IMG/VR virus record: IMGVR_UViG_3300032218_001037
Coordinates: 1 to 39,694 of that record
Strand: one strand, 5' to 3'
Length of the DNA stretch: 39,694 nt
Source of the DNA: a virus
Lineage: Duplodnaviria; Caudoviricetes
Shown: in pieces, positions 24,452 through 33,236 of the stretch
Position numbering within the stretch: the first letter of the stretch is position 1
Layout of the letters: each line of letters starts with the position of its first letter
The notes under the pieces: model-generated
Told to the model about the DNA's origin: nothing
What the model saw: the letters and a program-made list of their open reading frames with translations, nothing else
Databases searched by the model: none
Position numbers and translations under genes: made by a program

Positions 24452-24679
24452 ATGCAAGAATTTCGCTGTTTAGACTGTTTGACGACCTTTATGGAGTCAG
24501 AACTCCCTCGCAGGGGTTCTATTTGTTTCAAATGCCACATTAAGGGCATTAAATGGGGTTTTACTTATGGCAAAGAGGATTTTCATGGACCTACAGTCGT
24601 GGAGCGTCAGCGTGAGCAGATGCGACAAGCAGAATCTGCAGGTATAAAGGCTGAACCAGTAGGGACACGGTGGGTGTGA
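24452..24679 (+). CDS. Small Zn-binding protein (CxxC...CxxC)
   Basis: FRCLDC...ICFKCH. Confidence 0.6.
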   Translation: MQEFRCLDCLTTFMESELPRRGSICFKCHIKGIKWGFTYGKEDFHGPTVVERQREQMRQAESAGIKAEPVGTRWV

Positions 24680-24680
24680 C

Positions 24681-24896
24681 GTGGAATCAGTCTTGGTTCC
24701 AATCATCGTTGCAGTCATCATGGGACCAATTGTCGTCATTTTGCAACGACTTCGAAAAGAGAACACCGACCAGCATGAAGAGGGACGCATTTTATTACGG
24801 GTCATTGGTAATAAGGTGGACAAAGTTGCTAGCAAAATTGATGGGCATATTGGTTGGCATAATGGTGTTAAAGACAGTGATGAGAAAGAGGACTAA
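24681..24896 (+). CDS. Single-TM plus coiled-coil protein (possibly lysis-associated)
   Basis: Hydrophobic N-terminus, RKEN..QH, IDGHIGWH. Confidence 0.6.
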   Translation: MESVLVPIIVAVIMGPIVVILQRLRKENTDQHEEGRILLRVIGNKVDKVASKIDGHIGWHNGVKDSDEKED

Positions 24897-25348
24897 TGGC
24901 TGAGAAGTACACTCTTGATTATTGTTTGAAAGTTTTGCTTGCGGACACCGTTGCAATGAAATTTACCGCTCATGGTTTTCATTGGAATGTTGAGGGACCT
25001 GATTTTGCACAGTATCACGAATTGTTTGAAACAATTTACGTTGATGTTGACTCTGCTATTGACCCTCTTGCCGAGAATATACGAAAACTGGATTGTTATG
25101 CTCCTTTTGCTTTGCAGCATTTTGCTGACTTGCAATCTGTAAAACCTGTTACAGCAAAACCTAATCCCTTAGATATGGCTACTGCTTTGCTTGCCATGAA
25201 TGATGGTGTTATTAAACAGATTGACAAAGCATTTAAAGAAGCCACAAAAGCCAACGAGCAGGGTATTTGTAATTTTCTTGCTGACCGTGATAGTCAGCAT
25301 AAAAAATGGAGATGGCAATTGCGTTCATCTATTAAGGGAGTCAAGTAA
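24896..25348 (+). CDS. dps: Dps-family mini-ferritin
   Basis: HGFHWNVEGPDFAQYHELFE...IDPLAENIR signature and HKKWRWQL end. Confidence 0.93.
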   Translation: MAEKYTLDYCLKVLLADTVAMKFTAHGFHWNVEGPDFAQYHELFETIYVDVDSAIDPLAENIRKLDCYAPFALQHFADLQSVKPVTAKPNPLDMATALLAMNDGVIKQIDKAFKEATKANEQGICNFLADRDSQHKKWRWQLRSSIKGVK

Positions 25349-27195
25349 TGGCTAGAACATCTAATTCAGAACTTATTGTTACATATAGAAATAAAATTGA
25401 ACAATCAAGTCGTTGGCGACGTGAAGAAAATTATGATGATTTGTGGAAACGAATGATTGATATGTATCGTGGAAAACAATACAAAGGTCATACAGAAGAA
25501 GACAGACTTTTAATTAATATGGCTTTTGCAACCATCAACGTAATTTCTCCAAGTGTTTCTGTTAACCATCCAAAAATTACAGTTAATGCTCGTAAGTTTG
25601 AAGATGCTGACCGTGCTGTAATAACAGAAGAAATTGTTAACTATTGGTGGAGACATTTTGAATGTCAACGAGAATTTCGTCGTGCAGTTAAAGACATGCT
25701 TATTATTGGTCATGGATGGATTAAAACAGGTTATCGTTTTGTTGAAAAAAATGGTACCGAATATGATGCATCTGATGACATGGCAACAATGGAATCAATC
25801 ACGGAATCTGAATTAATTATTACTGAAGACCGTCCTTTTGTTGAACGTATTTCTCCATTTGATGTTTTTGTTGATTCAGATGCAACAAATATGTCTGATA
25901 TAAAATGGATTGCACAACGAGTTAAACGTCCATTAAAAGATGTTAAAAAAGATAAACGATATAATTCTACTGCAAGAGTTGAGGCTTCTCCATCACATTA
26001 TTCTAAATGGAGTCTTGATAGTCAACAGGGAACTCTACGACCAAGAATGTCGGAGAGTGATGAAGATAGTTATGTAGAAATTTGGGAATATTACGACATT
26101 GAACGTGGAAAACTTTCAATATTTTGTGATGGTAGTGACAAATTTTTAGTTAATCCAACCGATATGCCATTTGCTTTTGGTCATCCATTTGTAATGATGC
26201 GCAACTATGAGATTCCAGAACATTTTTATACCATGGGTGAACTTGAAGCAATTGAACCATTGCAACAAGAATTAAATCAAACCCGCACACAGATGATGAA
26301 TCATCGTAAACGATTCTCACGCAAATGGCTATATAAAGAATCAGCATTTGATGCTGATGGTCGTTCGGCACTTGAATCAGATGAAGACAATGTTATGGTT
26401 CCGGTAATTTCGGAAGAAAACCTTTCTAATACAATTATTCCAATGCCAGCAGTTATCAGTCCACCTGAGTTTTATAATCAATCAAATCTTATTTCTCAAG
26501 ACATTGACCGTGTTTCTGGTGTATCAGAATACATGCGTGGTGGATTGCCAGAAATTCGTCGTACAGCAACAGAGGCAGCAATAGCACAAGATGCCGCAAA
26601 CGCTAGAGCATCAGACAAATTGGCAATCATCGAACATGCAATTGGTGACTGTGCACGTCGCTTGGTAATGCTTGCACAACAATACATGACTGGTGAACAG
26701 GCTGTGCGTGTTATTGGAAATGGTTCTATGCCAGCATGGATTACATTTGACAGGGATTACATTCAAGGAGAATTTGACTTTACTGTTGAGGGTGGTTCTA
26801 CTGCACCTGTGAATGAGTCATTCCGTCGTCAAATGGCTTTGCAGGTTGTTGATGCAATGGCACCTTTTGCTGGTGCAGGAATTATTGATATGCCAAAGTT
26901 AGCCAACTATGTGTTACAGAATGGATTCGGCATTAAGAATGCCGCATCCTTTGTGATAACTCCCCAAATGCAGGCACAACCAATAAGTCCTCAGGGTCTT
27001 CCACCGATGCCACCTCAAGGTGGTCCACAAGGTCCTCCACCTGGTATGCCACCACAGGGAATGACCCCAATGCCTCAGGGTGGTCCTGAGATGCCTCCTA
27101 CTGGGGGACAACCAATGCCAAGCAATATACCTCCACAGGTTTTGGCACAGATTTTGGCTGGTGGAACATCATTACCAAATACGCAGCAACCATAG
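25348..27195 (+). CDS. Portal protein (P22-like)
   Basis: 615 aa after TerL; G.GWIKTGY, RISPFDVFVD, VSGVSEY.RG...RRTATE; Pro/Gln/Met-rich tail. Confidence 0.88.
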   Translation: MARTSNSELIVTYRNKIEQSSRWRREENYDDLWKRMIDMYRGKQYKGHTEEDRLLINMAFATINVISPSVSVNHPKITVNARKFEDADRAVITEEIVNYWWRHFECQREFRRAVKDMLIIGHGWIKTGYRFVEKNGTEYDASDDMATMESITESELIITEDRPFVERISPFDVFVDSDATNMSDIKWIAQRVKRPLKDVKKDKRYNSTARVEASPSHYSKWSLDSQQGTLRPRMSESDEDSYVEIWEYYDIERGKLSIFCDGSDKFLVNPTDMPFAFGHPFVMMRNYEIPEHFYTMGELEAIEPLQQELNQTRTQMMNHRKRFSRKWLYKESAFDADGRSALESDEDNVMVPVISEENLSNTIIPMPAVISPPEFYNQSNLISQDIDRVSGVSEYMRGGLPEIRRTATEAAIAQDAANARASDKLAIIEHAIGDCARRLVMLAQQYMTGEQAVRVIGNGSMPAWITFDRDYIQGEFDFTVEGGSTAPVNESFRRQMALQVVDAMAPFAGAGIIDMPKLANYVLQNGFGIKNAASFVITPQMQAQPISPQGLPPMPPQGGPQGPPPGMPPQGMTPMPQGGPEMPPTGGQPMPSNIPPQVLAQILAGGTSLPNTQQP

Positions 27196-27202
27196 GGTTG
27201 AT

Positions 27203-27226
27203 GTAACGATAAATCCATAACTATAG
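27203..27226 (+). promoter_or_regulatory. GTAAC motif upstream of scaffold/capsid operon
   Basis: GTAAC-GATAAATCCA-TAACTATAG in the intergenic gap, followed by a short leader with AAGGA RBS. Confidence 0.5.
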
Positions 27227-27248
27227 AGCAACCCCTTGAAAGGACTCC

Positions 27249-28037
27249 ATGAGTGAAGTAGTAAGCAATGAATCAGTAGAAGAAGTTGTCCCTGAGTTAG
27301 AAACCGAAGGACAAACAACTTTAGCGATTGAAGAAATTGAAAGTCTTAGTGAGCAGGAAATTGAGATGCTTCCTGTTGATGAGTTCGGAGAAAAATATGT
27401 TTCCGTTCAGGTCAATGGTGAGGAAATTCAAGTTTCTCTTAAAGAGGCGCTTTCTGGATACCAGCGTCAAGCGGATTATACCCGTAAGACACAGGAACTC
27501 AGTGAGCAAAAGCGACAAGTACAATTTGGTTCTGCTTTGCAAGAAGCCTTGCAAAATGACCCACAAGGTACTTTAAGTTTGCTTTCACAACATTATGGGG
27601 TGCAACAGACACCTTCTGAAGAAGAAGACCTGTACGCAGACCCTGTTGAAAAGCAATATAAACAGTTAGAGCAAAGAGTTCAGTCTTTTGAACAACAAAG
27701 GGCAATGGCTGACCTTGAGCGAACTGTTCAATCGCTTCAAACACGATACGGTTCTGATTTTGACCCTAACGCTGTTGTTGCCCGTGCTTTAGCAACGGGC
27801 TCAACTGATTTAGAAGCCGTTTATAAGCAACTTGCATTTGACCAAGTGTATGAGGACGCTAAGGCTGTTCGCCTTCTTCGTGAGAAGAAAGCAGAAGAAC
27901 AGGCACAGATTACTCAGGCAAAGCGTCAGGTGGGTGTTGTTTCTGGCGGTGGTTCAGCAGTTAGTGCTGATGTATCGGCAAAACCAATTACATCATTGCG
28001 AGATGCGTTTGAGGCTGCAAAGCGTCAACACGCTTAA
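27249..28037 (+). CDS. Capsid scaffolding protein
   Basis: Acidic N-terminus, V.VNGEE..VSL.E...GYQRQADYTRKTQEL, coiled coil; immediately before the MCP. Confidence 0.85.
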   Translation: MSEVVSNESVEEVVPELETEGQTTLAIEEIESLSEQEIEMLPVDEFGEKYVSVQVNGEEIQVSLKEALSGYQRQADYTRKTQELSEQKRQVQFGSALQEALQNDPQGTLSLLSQHYGVQQTPSEEEDLYADPVEKQYKQLEQRVQSFEQQRAMADLERTVQSLQTRYGSDFDPNAVVARALATGSTDLEAVYKQLAFDQVYEDAKAVRLLREKKAEEQAQITQAKRQVGVVSGGGSAVSADVSAKPITSLRDAFEAAKRQHA

Positions 28038-28059
28038 CGCTTAACTTAAGGAGAAAAAC

Positions 28060-28998
28060 ATGGCAAGTGCGAATAGCAACTTCGATAACCTATTAACAAC
28101 AACCCTTGCGAATTACCGCAAGACTCTCACGGACAACGTATTTACTGCACGTCCGTTGACCTACACCCTTATGGATAAGGGCCGCATTCGTATGCTTAAT
28201 GGCGGTACGAAAATTGTTGAGCCACTCATTTACGGTACTAATGACACAGTTGGTTCGTATTCGGGTTATGACTCATTGGCACTTACTCCACAGACTGGTA
28301 TTTCTGCTGCAGAATTTGAATGGAAACAGTACGCTGCATCCATTTCAATTAGCGGTATTGAAGAAGCCAAAAACAATGGAGACCAAGCAATCCTCAACTT
28401 GTTGGAAGCAAAAATTATGCAGGCTGAAGAGTCCATGCGTGAATCTTTCAACAAAATGTTCTTTGCTGATGGTACTGGAAACAGTTCAAAAGATTGGAAC
28501 GGTCTTGGCAACTTGGTTGAATCCGGTAACACTGTTGGAAACATTGACTCAAGTGCTTACACATGGTGGAAGTCATATGAGGAGAACACTGCAACTGCTT
28601 TGACTCTTGCGCAAATGAGCACCGCTTACAATAGCGTTTCGGTTGGTAATGACCACCCAGACACATTGTTGACAACTCAGACCCTGTTTGAGAAGTACGA
28701 AGCATTGCTTCAACCAAACCTCCGTTATACGGACACCAAGACTGCAGATGCTGGATTCCAGAACCTGTTGTTCAAGGCTGCTCCAGTAATGTACGACGTA
28801 CATTGCACGGCTGGTGTGTTCTACTTCCTTAACAGCAAGTACATCACCTTGGTTGGTCACTCTGACAAGTGGTTTTCACAGACCTCGTTTGTTTCGCCAG
28901 AAGACACGGATGCACGTTATGCGCTCATCATGTGCTACGGAAACTTGACTGTACGTAACCGTGCAAAGCAAGGCAAACTGACCGCTAAGACAGCCTAA
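28060..28998 (+). CDS. Major capsid protein (HK97 fold)
   Basis: 312 aa after the scaffold with a strong AAGGAG RBS; TTTL.NY...DNVF...PL, GG.KI.EPL.Y, GFQNL.F motifs. Confidence 0.88.
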   Translation: MASANSNFDNLLTTTLANYRKTLTDNVFTARPLTYTLMDKGRIRMLNGGTKIVEPLIYGTNDTVGSYSGYDSLALTPQTGISAAEFEWKQYAASISISGIEEAKNNGDQAILNLLEAKIMQAEESMRESFNKMFFADGTGNSSKDWNGLGNLVESGNTVGNIDSSAYTWWKSYEENTATALTLAQMSTAYNSVSVGNDHPDTLLTTQTLFEKYEALLQPNLRYTDTKTADAGFQNLLFKAAPVMYDVHCTAGVFYFLNSKYITLVGHSDKWFSQTSFVSPEDTDARYALIMCYGNLTVRNRAKQGKLTAKTA

Positions 28999-29029
28999 GT
29001 TCAACAACTAGAAAACAAGGAGAAATATT

Positions 29030-29452
29030 ATGCCACTATTAGCAAATGATACAGATGGTGCTCTCACACGCAAGCGTGTAGAAGCATTTGCAGCCGCTCG
29101 TGAACGGACAACTATTGTTGCCGCAACCGATGCAGCAACTGTTCAAACAGCAGCACAACTTGCTGGTGCGGCTCGTGTAGTTTACACGATGACCCCAACA
29201 GCAGGTCGTACCCTCACTACGCCAACAGGCGCACAGTTGGGTGCAGGCTTCACCGATGAAGCAGTAGGGACCTCATTTGAGTTCACTGTTGTCAATGCCG
29301 CAGCAGCAACATACGCAATCACATTGACTGCGGGTGCTTCTGGTGTAACACTTTTGGGTGTTGCAGGAATGGCAACCGTTGCAGCAGCATCATCAGCAAC
29401 TTTTGTTGGTGTGTTCACTGCAGCAGACACGGTATCTATTTACCGTAAGTAA
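29030..29452 (+). CDS. Putative capsid decoration protein
   Basis: Ala/Thr-rich beta protein directly after the MCP, strong RBS, before a terminator. Confidence 0.6.
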   Translation: MPLLANDTDGALTRKRVEAFAAARERTTIVAATDAATVQTAAQLAGAARVVYTMTPTAGRTLTTPTGAQLGAGFTDEAVGTSFEFTVVNAAAATYAITLTAGASGVTLLGVAGMATVAAASSATFVGVFTAADTVSIYRK

Positions 29453-29464
29453 GTAATCTGATTC

Positions 29465-29510
29465 GGGGGACGGGAACCACCTTCCCGTTCCCCCAATCTA
29501 TTTAGTTTTA
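29465..29510 (+). terminator. Probable intrinsic terminator after head genes
   Basis: GGGGGACGGGAA-CCACC-TTCCCGTTCCCC stem-loop followed by a T-rich stretch. Confidence 0.7.
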
Positions 29511-29525
29511 TAGTTTAGGAGAGTT

Positions 29526-29684
29526 ATGTCCCATAAGTCATATCGTCAAGTAGATAACCATATTGGTGCAACAAAGAAGTCTGGAACTGTTACAGCACCA
29601 GGTCTTTACAGGAATAGTTCTGTAGGCGTTAAGCAAGATAAAAACTTTAAGGTTCGTCCAAACTTAAACAAGGCAGGCAAGTAA
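29526..29684 (+). CDS. Small basic protein (52 aa, MSHKSYRQVDNH...)
   Basis: Read manually; AGGAG RBS; TAATG coupling downstream. Confidence 0.6.
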   Translation: MSHKSYRQVDNHIGATKKSGTVTAPGLYRNSSVGVKQDKNFKVRPNLNKAGK

Positions 29685-29800
29685 TGAAAATGGCACCAAA
29701 GAAAAAAGTAATGAAGATGGCTCCAATGAAAAAGGTTGCCAAGAGTAAGCAAGCAATGAAGCCAATGAAGAAAAGTTCTTCAAAAGGTTCAATGTACTAA
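29684..29800 (+). CDS. Lys/Met-rich peptide (38 aa)
   Basis: MKMAPKKKVMKMAPMKKVAKSKQAMKPMKKSSSKGSMY, read manually. Confidence 0.55.
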   Translation: MKMAPKKKVMKMAPMKKVAKSKQAMKPMKKSSSKGSMY

Positions 29801-29804
29801 ATAG

Positions 29805-29825
29805 GTAACAATTTCGCCTATTGGT
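29805..29825 (+). promoter_or_regulatory. GTAAC-N9-TA motif before ATG 29826
   Basis: GTAAC-AATTTCGCC-TATTGGT-ATG; no Shine-Dalgarno. Confidence 0.55.
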
Positions 29826-30041
29826 ATGAACCAATCGGCAAAACTTGCTCACACTCTATACGGGGAGCCAACTACCAAGCACTCCCGTCTTGCCCATGCA
29901 GAAGGCGCACGCCTTGCTGCTCCATCAGGTCCATATATTGGACGTAATCGTTGCACAGCAAACGATGATACATGTGAGGGTCCAAAAGCCCGTGGGACAG
30001 ATTTCTGTATTGGACATCTAAGGAATAAGGGTCAGGCTTAA
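29826..30041 (+). CDS. Small CCCH Zn-finger protein
   Basis: CTANDDTC...FCIGH. Confidence 0.6.
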   Translation: MNQSAKLAHTLYGEPTTKHSRLAHAEGARLAAPSGPYIGRNRCTANDDTCEGPKARGTDFCIGHLRNKGQA

Positions 30042-30739
30042 TGACAATAACGCTCACAACATTGCGTTCACAAGTTCGTGACATGTCCGACCTTGATGAA
30101 ACCGATTTGTCTGATGCTGTTATTGACCAATTTGCTCGTGAGGGCTTCCAACGCATTTATGCGTTAGAACGCCGTTGGCCCATCCTGCAGGAAACATACA
30201 CATTTAATACGGTCGCTAATCAACGTGAATACACAATATCTACAATTGGGGATATTCGAGAAATCATCTCTGTTGTAGATACATCGGCTCAAGGAGCACG
30301 TTTACATTTAATTGATTACAACCAGGCTGAAATGGTTTGGTTAGGTAATTTGGATGTTGCTGCCCGTCCATACTTTTATAGTTTTTGGAACAAAAAATTA
30401 CAATTATGGGCTAAACCAAACATTGTATATCCAATGACAATCCGTGCTTTCCGTAATCCTGTTTATACATGGCTTACAAATATTACGGAAACTATTGACC
30501 TTGATGAATGGTTTCATGCCATTCTTCCATATTTTGTGCTTGCTCGTGTTTATCAGCGTCAAGAAGACTCTGACCTTTCCAATATGTATATGAAGTCATT
30601 TGAAGAGGGTGTTTCTCTTGCTCGTCGTGACTTGATGAAAGCATCAAGTTCACAACCTGTTGTTATGTCTGGTGGAAGACAGTATCCGACTTTGCAACGT
30701 TGGTTGCAAACTCTTGGCAGAACTCTTAAGAATTATTAA
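30041..30739 (+). CDS. Head-tail adaptor (tail tubular protein A-like)
   Basis: TL..LRSQVR..., T.ANQREY, PYFY...L.LW.KP, FHAIL; position after head genes. Confidence 0.7.
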   Translation: MTITLTTLRSQVRDMSDLDETDLSDAVIDQFAREGFQRIYALERRWPILQETYTFNTVANQREYTISTIGDIREIISVVDTSAQGARLHLIDYNQAEMVWLGNLDVAARPYFYSFWNKKLQLWAKPNIVYPMTIRAFRNPVYTWLTNITETIDLDEWFHAILPYFVLARVYQRQEDSDLSNMYMKSFEEGVSLARRDLMKASSSQPVVMSGGRQYPTLQRWLQTLGRTLKNY

Positions 30740-30741
30740 TT

Positions 30742-32349
30742 ATGCCACAAATTCTTGTTGAAAGACGAACAGATTTTACTGGAGGTTTAAATCTTCGTGC
30801 TGACCAATTTCAATTGGCAAATAACGAATCTCCTGATATGTTGAACATGGAAGTTGACCCTCGTGGTGGTTTGTTTACTCGTGGTGCTTATCGTGAGATT
30901 AATTCTACTGCGGTTACAGGCACATGGACTCCGAAGCGTTTGTCTTGGTTTAAGGGAACCAGTCAGTATTTGATGTTGAGCACAGAAACTTCTGTGCATA
31001 CTTCTACCGGGTCTAATTTTACTCAACTTAATTTTGGTGCTGCTCAACCTATTGTGGCTTCTGGTGGTAATGGCATCGAGTTCGCTCAGTGGGGTGACAC
31101 GATGTATATGGTTACTGGTGCTGGTGCTACTGCTTCGTATAAGTGGAAGATTACTGATACTTATGCTACTGCTTTGACCGCTAGTGGACCAACGTGGCAG
31201 GCTTATGCCTCCCCTGTTGGTGGATATTTTCCAAAAGCAGAACACATAATTCAACATACAAACAAAATGTTTGTTGCAAACACAAAAGAAGATGGAACAT
31301 CTTATCCAAACCGTTTGCGTTGGTCACATGAAGGTTTACCGTCAGATTGGTTACAATCTGACTTTATTGATTTTAATGGTGGTGGTGATGGTATAACTGG
31401 TCTATCTGTTGTTGCTGGACATCTTGTTGTGTTTAAACCACAAGCCATTTATGTTTTATTTGGATACGATTCAACTGACCATAATGTTGTTGAATTGTCT
31501 TCTGTTTTGGGTTGTGATGGTTCTACAAAAATTGCAACTTCGGAAAACGGTGTATATTTCTATACACATACTAAAGGATTGTTTTTTTATAATGGTAACA
31601 CAATTGTAGATTTGTTTCAAAACCTTAAATCAATGTATCCTCTTGGATACGTTGCTGATGGTTATACATCAAAAATAACTGTTTCTTATGTTAATCGTCG
31701 TGTTTGGTTGAGTATGCCATATTCAACTACAACATCACCTTCTACGGCTACCGTAAATTTTGTTTATGACCCATCCATTTCGGTAAATGGTTCTTGGGTA
31801 AAACATTCATCTGGAGATGGATATGGTCTTGTTGGTGGAATAGATTTTATTACAACAGCCGGTGGCGTTAATCCATTAATGATGCATTCCTATATAGCCC
31901 GTGTTGTGCGTGTTGATGTTTTTACTTCTGAAACAGATTTACTTGCAACAGTTGAAACAAACTTTACTTCAACCTATCGCACTGGTTGGGTTGATGGAAA
32001 TAATTATTCTATGAAAAAAATGTTTCGTAGACCAGACTTTGTTTTAAAACAGGTCAATACTCAAAGAACTTTAAATATACGTGTTTTCCATAATTTTGAA
32101 GAAGCCATTGGTAATCAACGAAAAAGTATTGATATTGTTTTGCCACCATCTTCAAGTGGTGGCTACTGGGGAACAATGCGTTGGGGAACTGGTACCTGGG
32201 GTGTTGTTGCAGCAGGTGCAGAAGTTCGTCGTGGTGCAAATCTTGGATTGGCTCGTTCCGTACAATTGTTGTTTACTGGTCCTGCTGGTGGTTACTGGGG
32301 TATTGACAGTATTGCTTATAAATATAATAATCGAAAGGTCACTGGATAA
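30742..32349 (+). CDS. Tail nozzle / tubular protein B-like beta-propeller
   Basis: DFTGGLN...NESPDMLN N-terminus, NRLRWS, ITGL...LVVFK; 535 aa. Confidence 0.75.
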   Translation: MPQILVERRTDFTGGLNLRADQFQLANNESPDMLNMEVDPRGGLFTRGAYREINSTAVTGTWTPKRLSWFKGTSQYLMLSTETSVHTSTGSNFTQLNFGAAQPIVASGGNGIEFAQWGDTMYMVTGAGATASYKWKITDTYATALTASGPTWQAYASPVGGYFPKAEHIIQHTNKMFVANTKEDGTSYPNRLRWSHEGLPSDWLQSDFIDFNGGGDGITGLSVVAGHLVVFKPQAIYVLFGYDSTDHNVVELSSVLGCDGSTKIATSENGVYFYTHTKGLFFYNGNTIVDLFQNLKSMYPLGYVADGYTSKITVSYVNRRVWLSMPYSTTTSPSTATVNFVYDPSISVNGSWVKHSSGDGYGLVGGIDFITTAGGVNPLMMHSYIARVVRVDVFTSETDLLATVETNFTSTYRTGWVDGNNYSMKKMFRRPDFVLKQVNTQRTLNIRVFHNFEEAIGNQRKSIDIVLPPSSSGGYWGTMRWGTGTWGVVAAGAEVRRGANLGLARSVQLLFTGPAGGYWGIDSIAYKYNNRKVTG

Positions 32350-32630
32350 TGGCTATTACTATTACAAATACTTTTGTTGATGCTGCGATTGCGCAGGCAT
32401 CACAAGTTAACGCAAACTTTACTGATGTAAAAAACTTTGTTGATGCATTACAAGCAGGCACAGGTTTTACTGCTGGCGCTATTCCTGCAGCCGCTTTGGC
32501 AACAAATGCAGTTACCGCAATTAAAATTACTGATGGTGTTGTTTCTTATGCAAAACTTGATTCAACTGATGTACCCAATGGTCTTGCTGTAACTGACCAG
32601 ATTGTACTTGGGGGACAGATTTTCGGATGA
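32349..32630 (+). CDS. Short tail fibre/needle anchor protein
   Basis: NTF...IA.ASQVNANF N-terminus, AVTAIKITDGVV..AKL repeat, C-terminal DQIVLGGQIFG. Confidence 0.65.
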   Translation: MAITITNTFVDAAIAQASQVNANFTDVKNFVDALQAGTGFTAGAIPAAALATNAVTAIKITDGVVSYAKLDSTDVPNGLAVTDQIVLGGQIFG

Positions 32631-32803
32631 TGGAACCGTTGTCAATTCCTGCTGTAACAACGCTTAAGTCTACGGATGCTGTTGCTATTCGTCAGATTGT
32701 GTCTGCGTTGATTCAGGCTGTTGATTCTATGCGTAAAGATATTGAAGAGTTAAAGAAACGTCCTATTTCCAATAAAGATAGTCAATACAAAGGTAATTTC
32801 TAA
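32627..32803 (+). CDS. Small coiled-coil protein (58 aa, MMEPLSIPAV...)
   Basis: Read manually; coupled on both sides. Confidence 0.55.
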   Translation: MMEPLSIPAVTTLKSTDAVAIRQIVSALIQAVDSMRKDIEELKKRPISNKDSQYKGNF

Positions 32804-33234
32804 TGGCATATGACCCAAGTATTTATGAGGCACAACGTCGTTCGTATGCAGATAATTATGCTTCTACTGGTGCAATGAATGCGTATTCCAATTTTCTTTC
32901 TCAGCAACGTGGTCAACGTGATTTAGGTGATTTGCAAACACAATGGCAGCAGGCTACACCTAAGTTTGTTGCTGGTTATGGTCGCAGAAATCTTGTTGGT
33001 CCTAATGTTCGTTCTGGTGCTTTTAGTCGTGCTTTGCAAGATTTTAGTAATCAAAATATTCGTCAAGTTTCTGATGCGCAACAGGCTTTGGACCAACAGC
33101 AACAGATGTTTCAGTTGGGTCAACAAAATTTGTTGGGTTCATATAATTCTAATTTGGCTAATTTGGAGGCTGATAAGGCTCGACAAATTGCTGCTGATGC
33201 ACAGGCGTTACTTCAATATAGAGCGGGAGTTTAG
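32803..33234 (+). CDS. Putative internal virion/ejection protein 1
   Basis: Gln/Ala-rich helical 143-aa protein after the tail genes. Confidence 0.6.
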   Translation: MAYDPSIYEAQRRSYADNYASTGAMNAYSNFLSQQRGQRDLGDLQTQWQQATPKFVAGYGRRNLVGPNVRSGAFSRALQDFSNQNIRQVSDAQQALDQQQQMFQLGQQNLLGSYNSNLANLEADKARQIAADAQALLQYRAGV

Positions 33235-33236
33235 TT

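Noticed and set aside
26960-27195. Pro/Gln/Met repeats at the portal C-terminus
   Set aside because: Low-complexity tails are common on P22-like portals; this is not a DNA repeat element.
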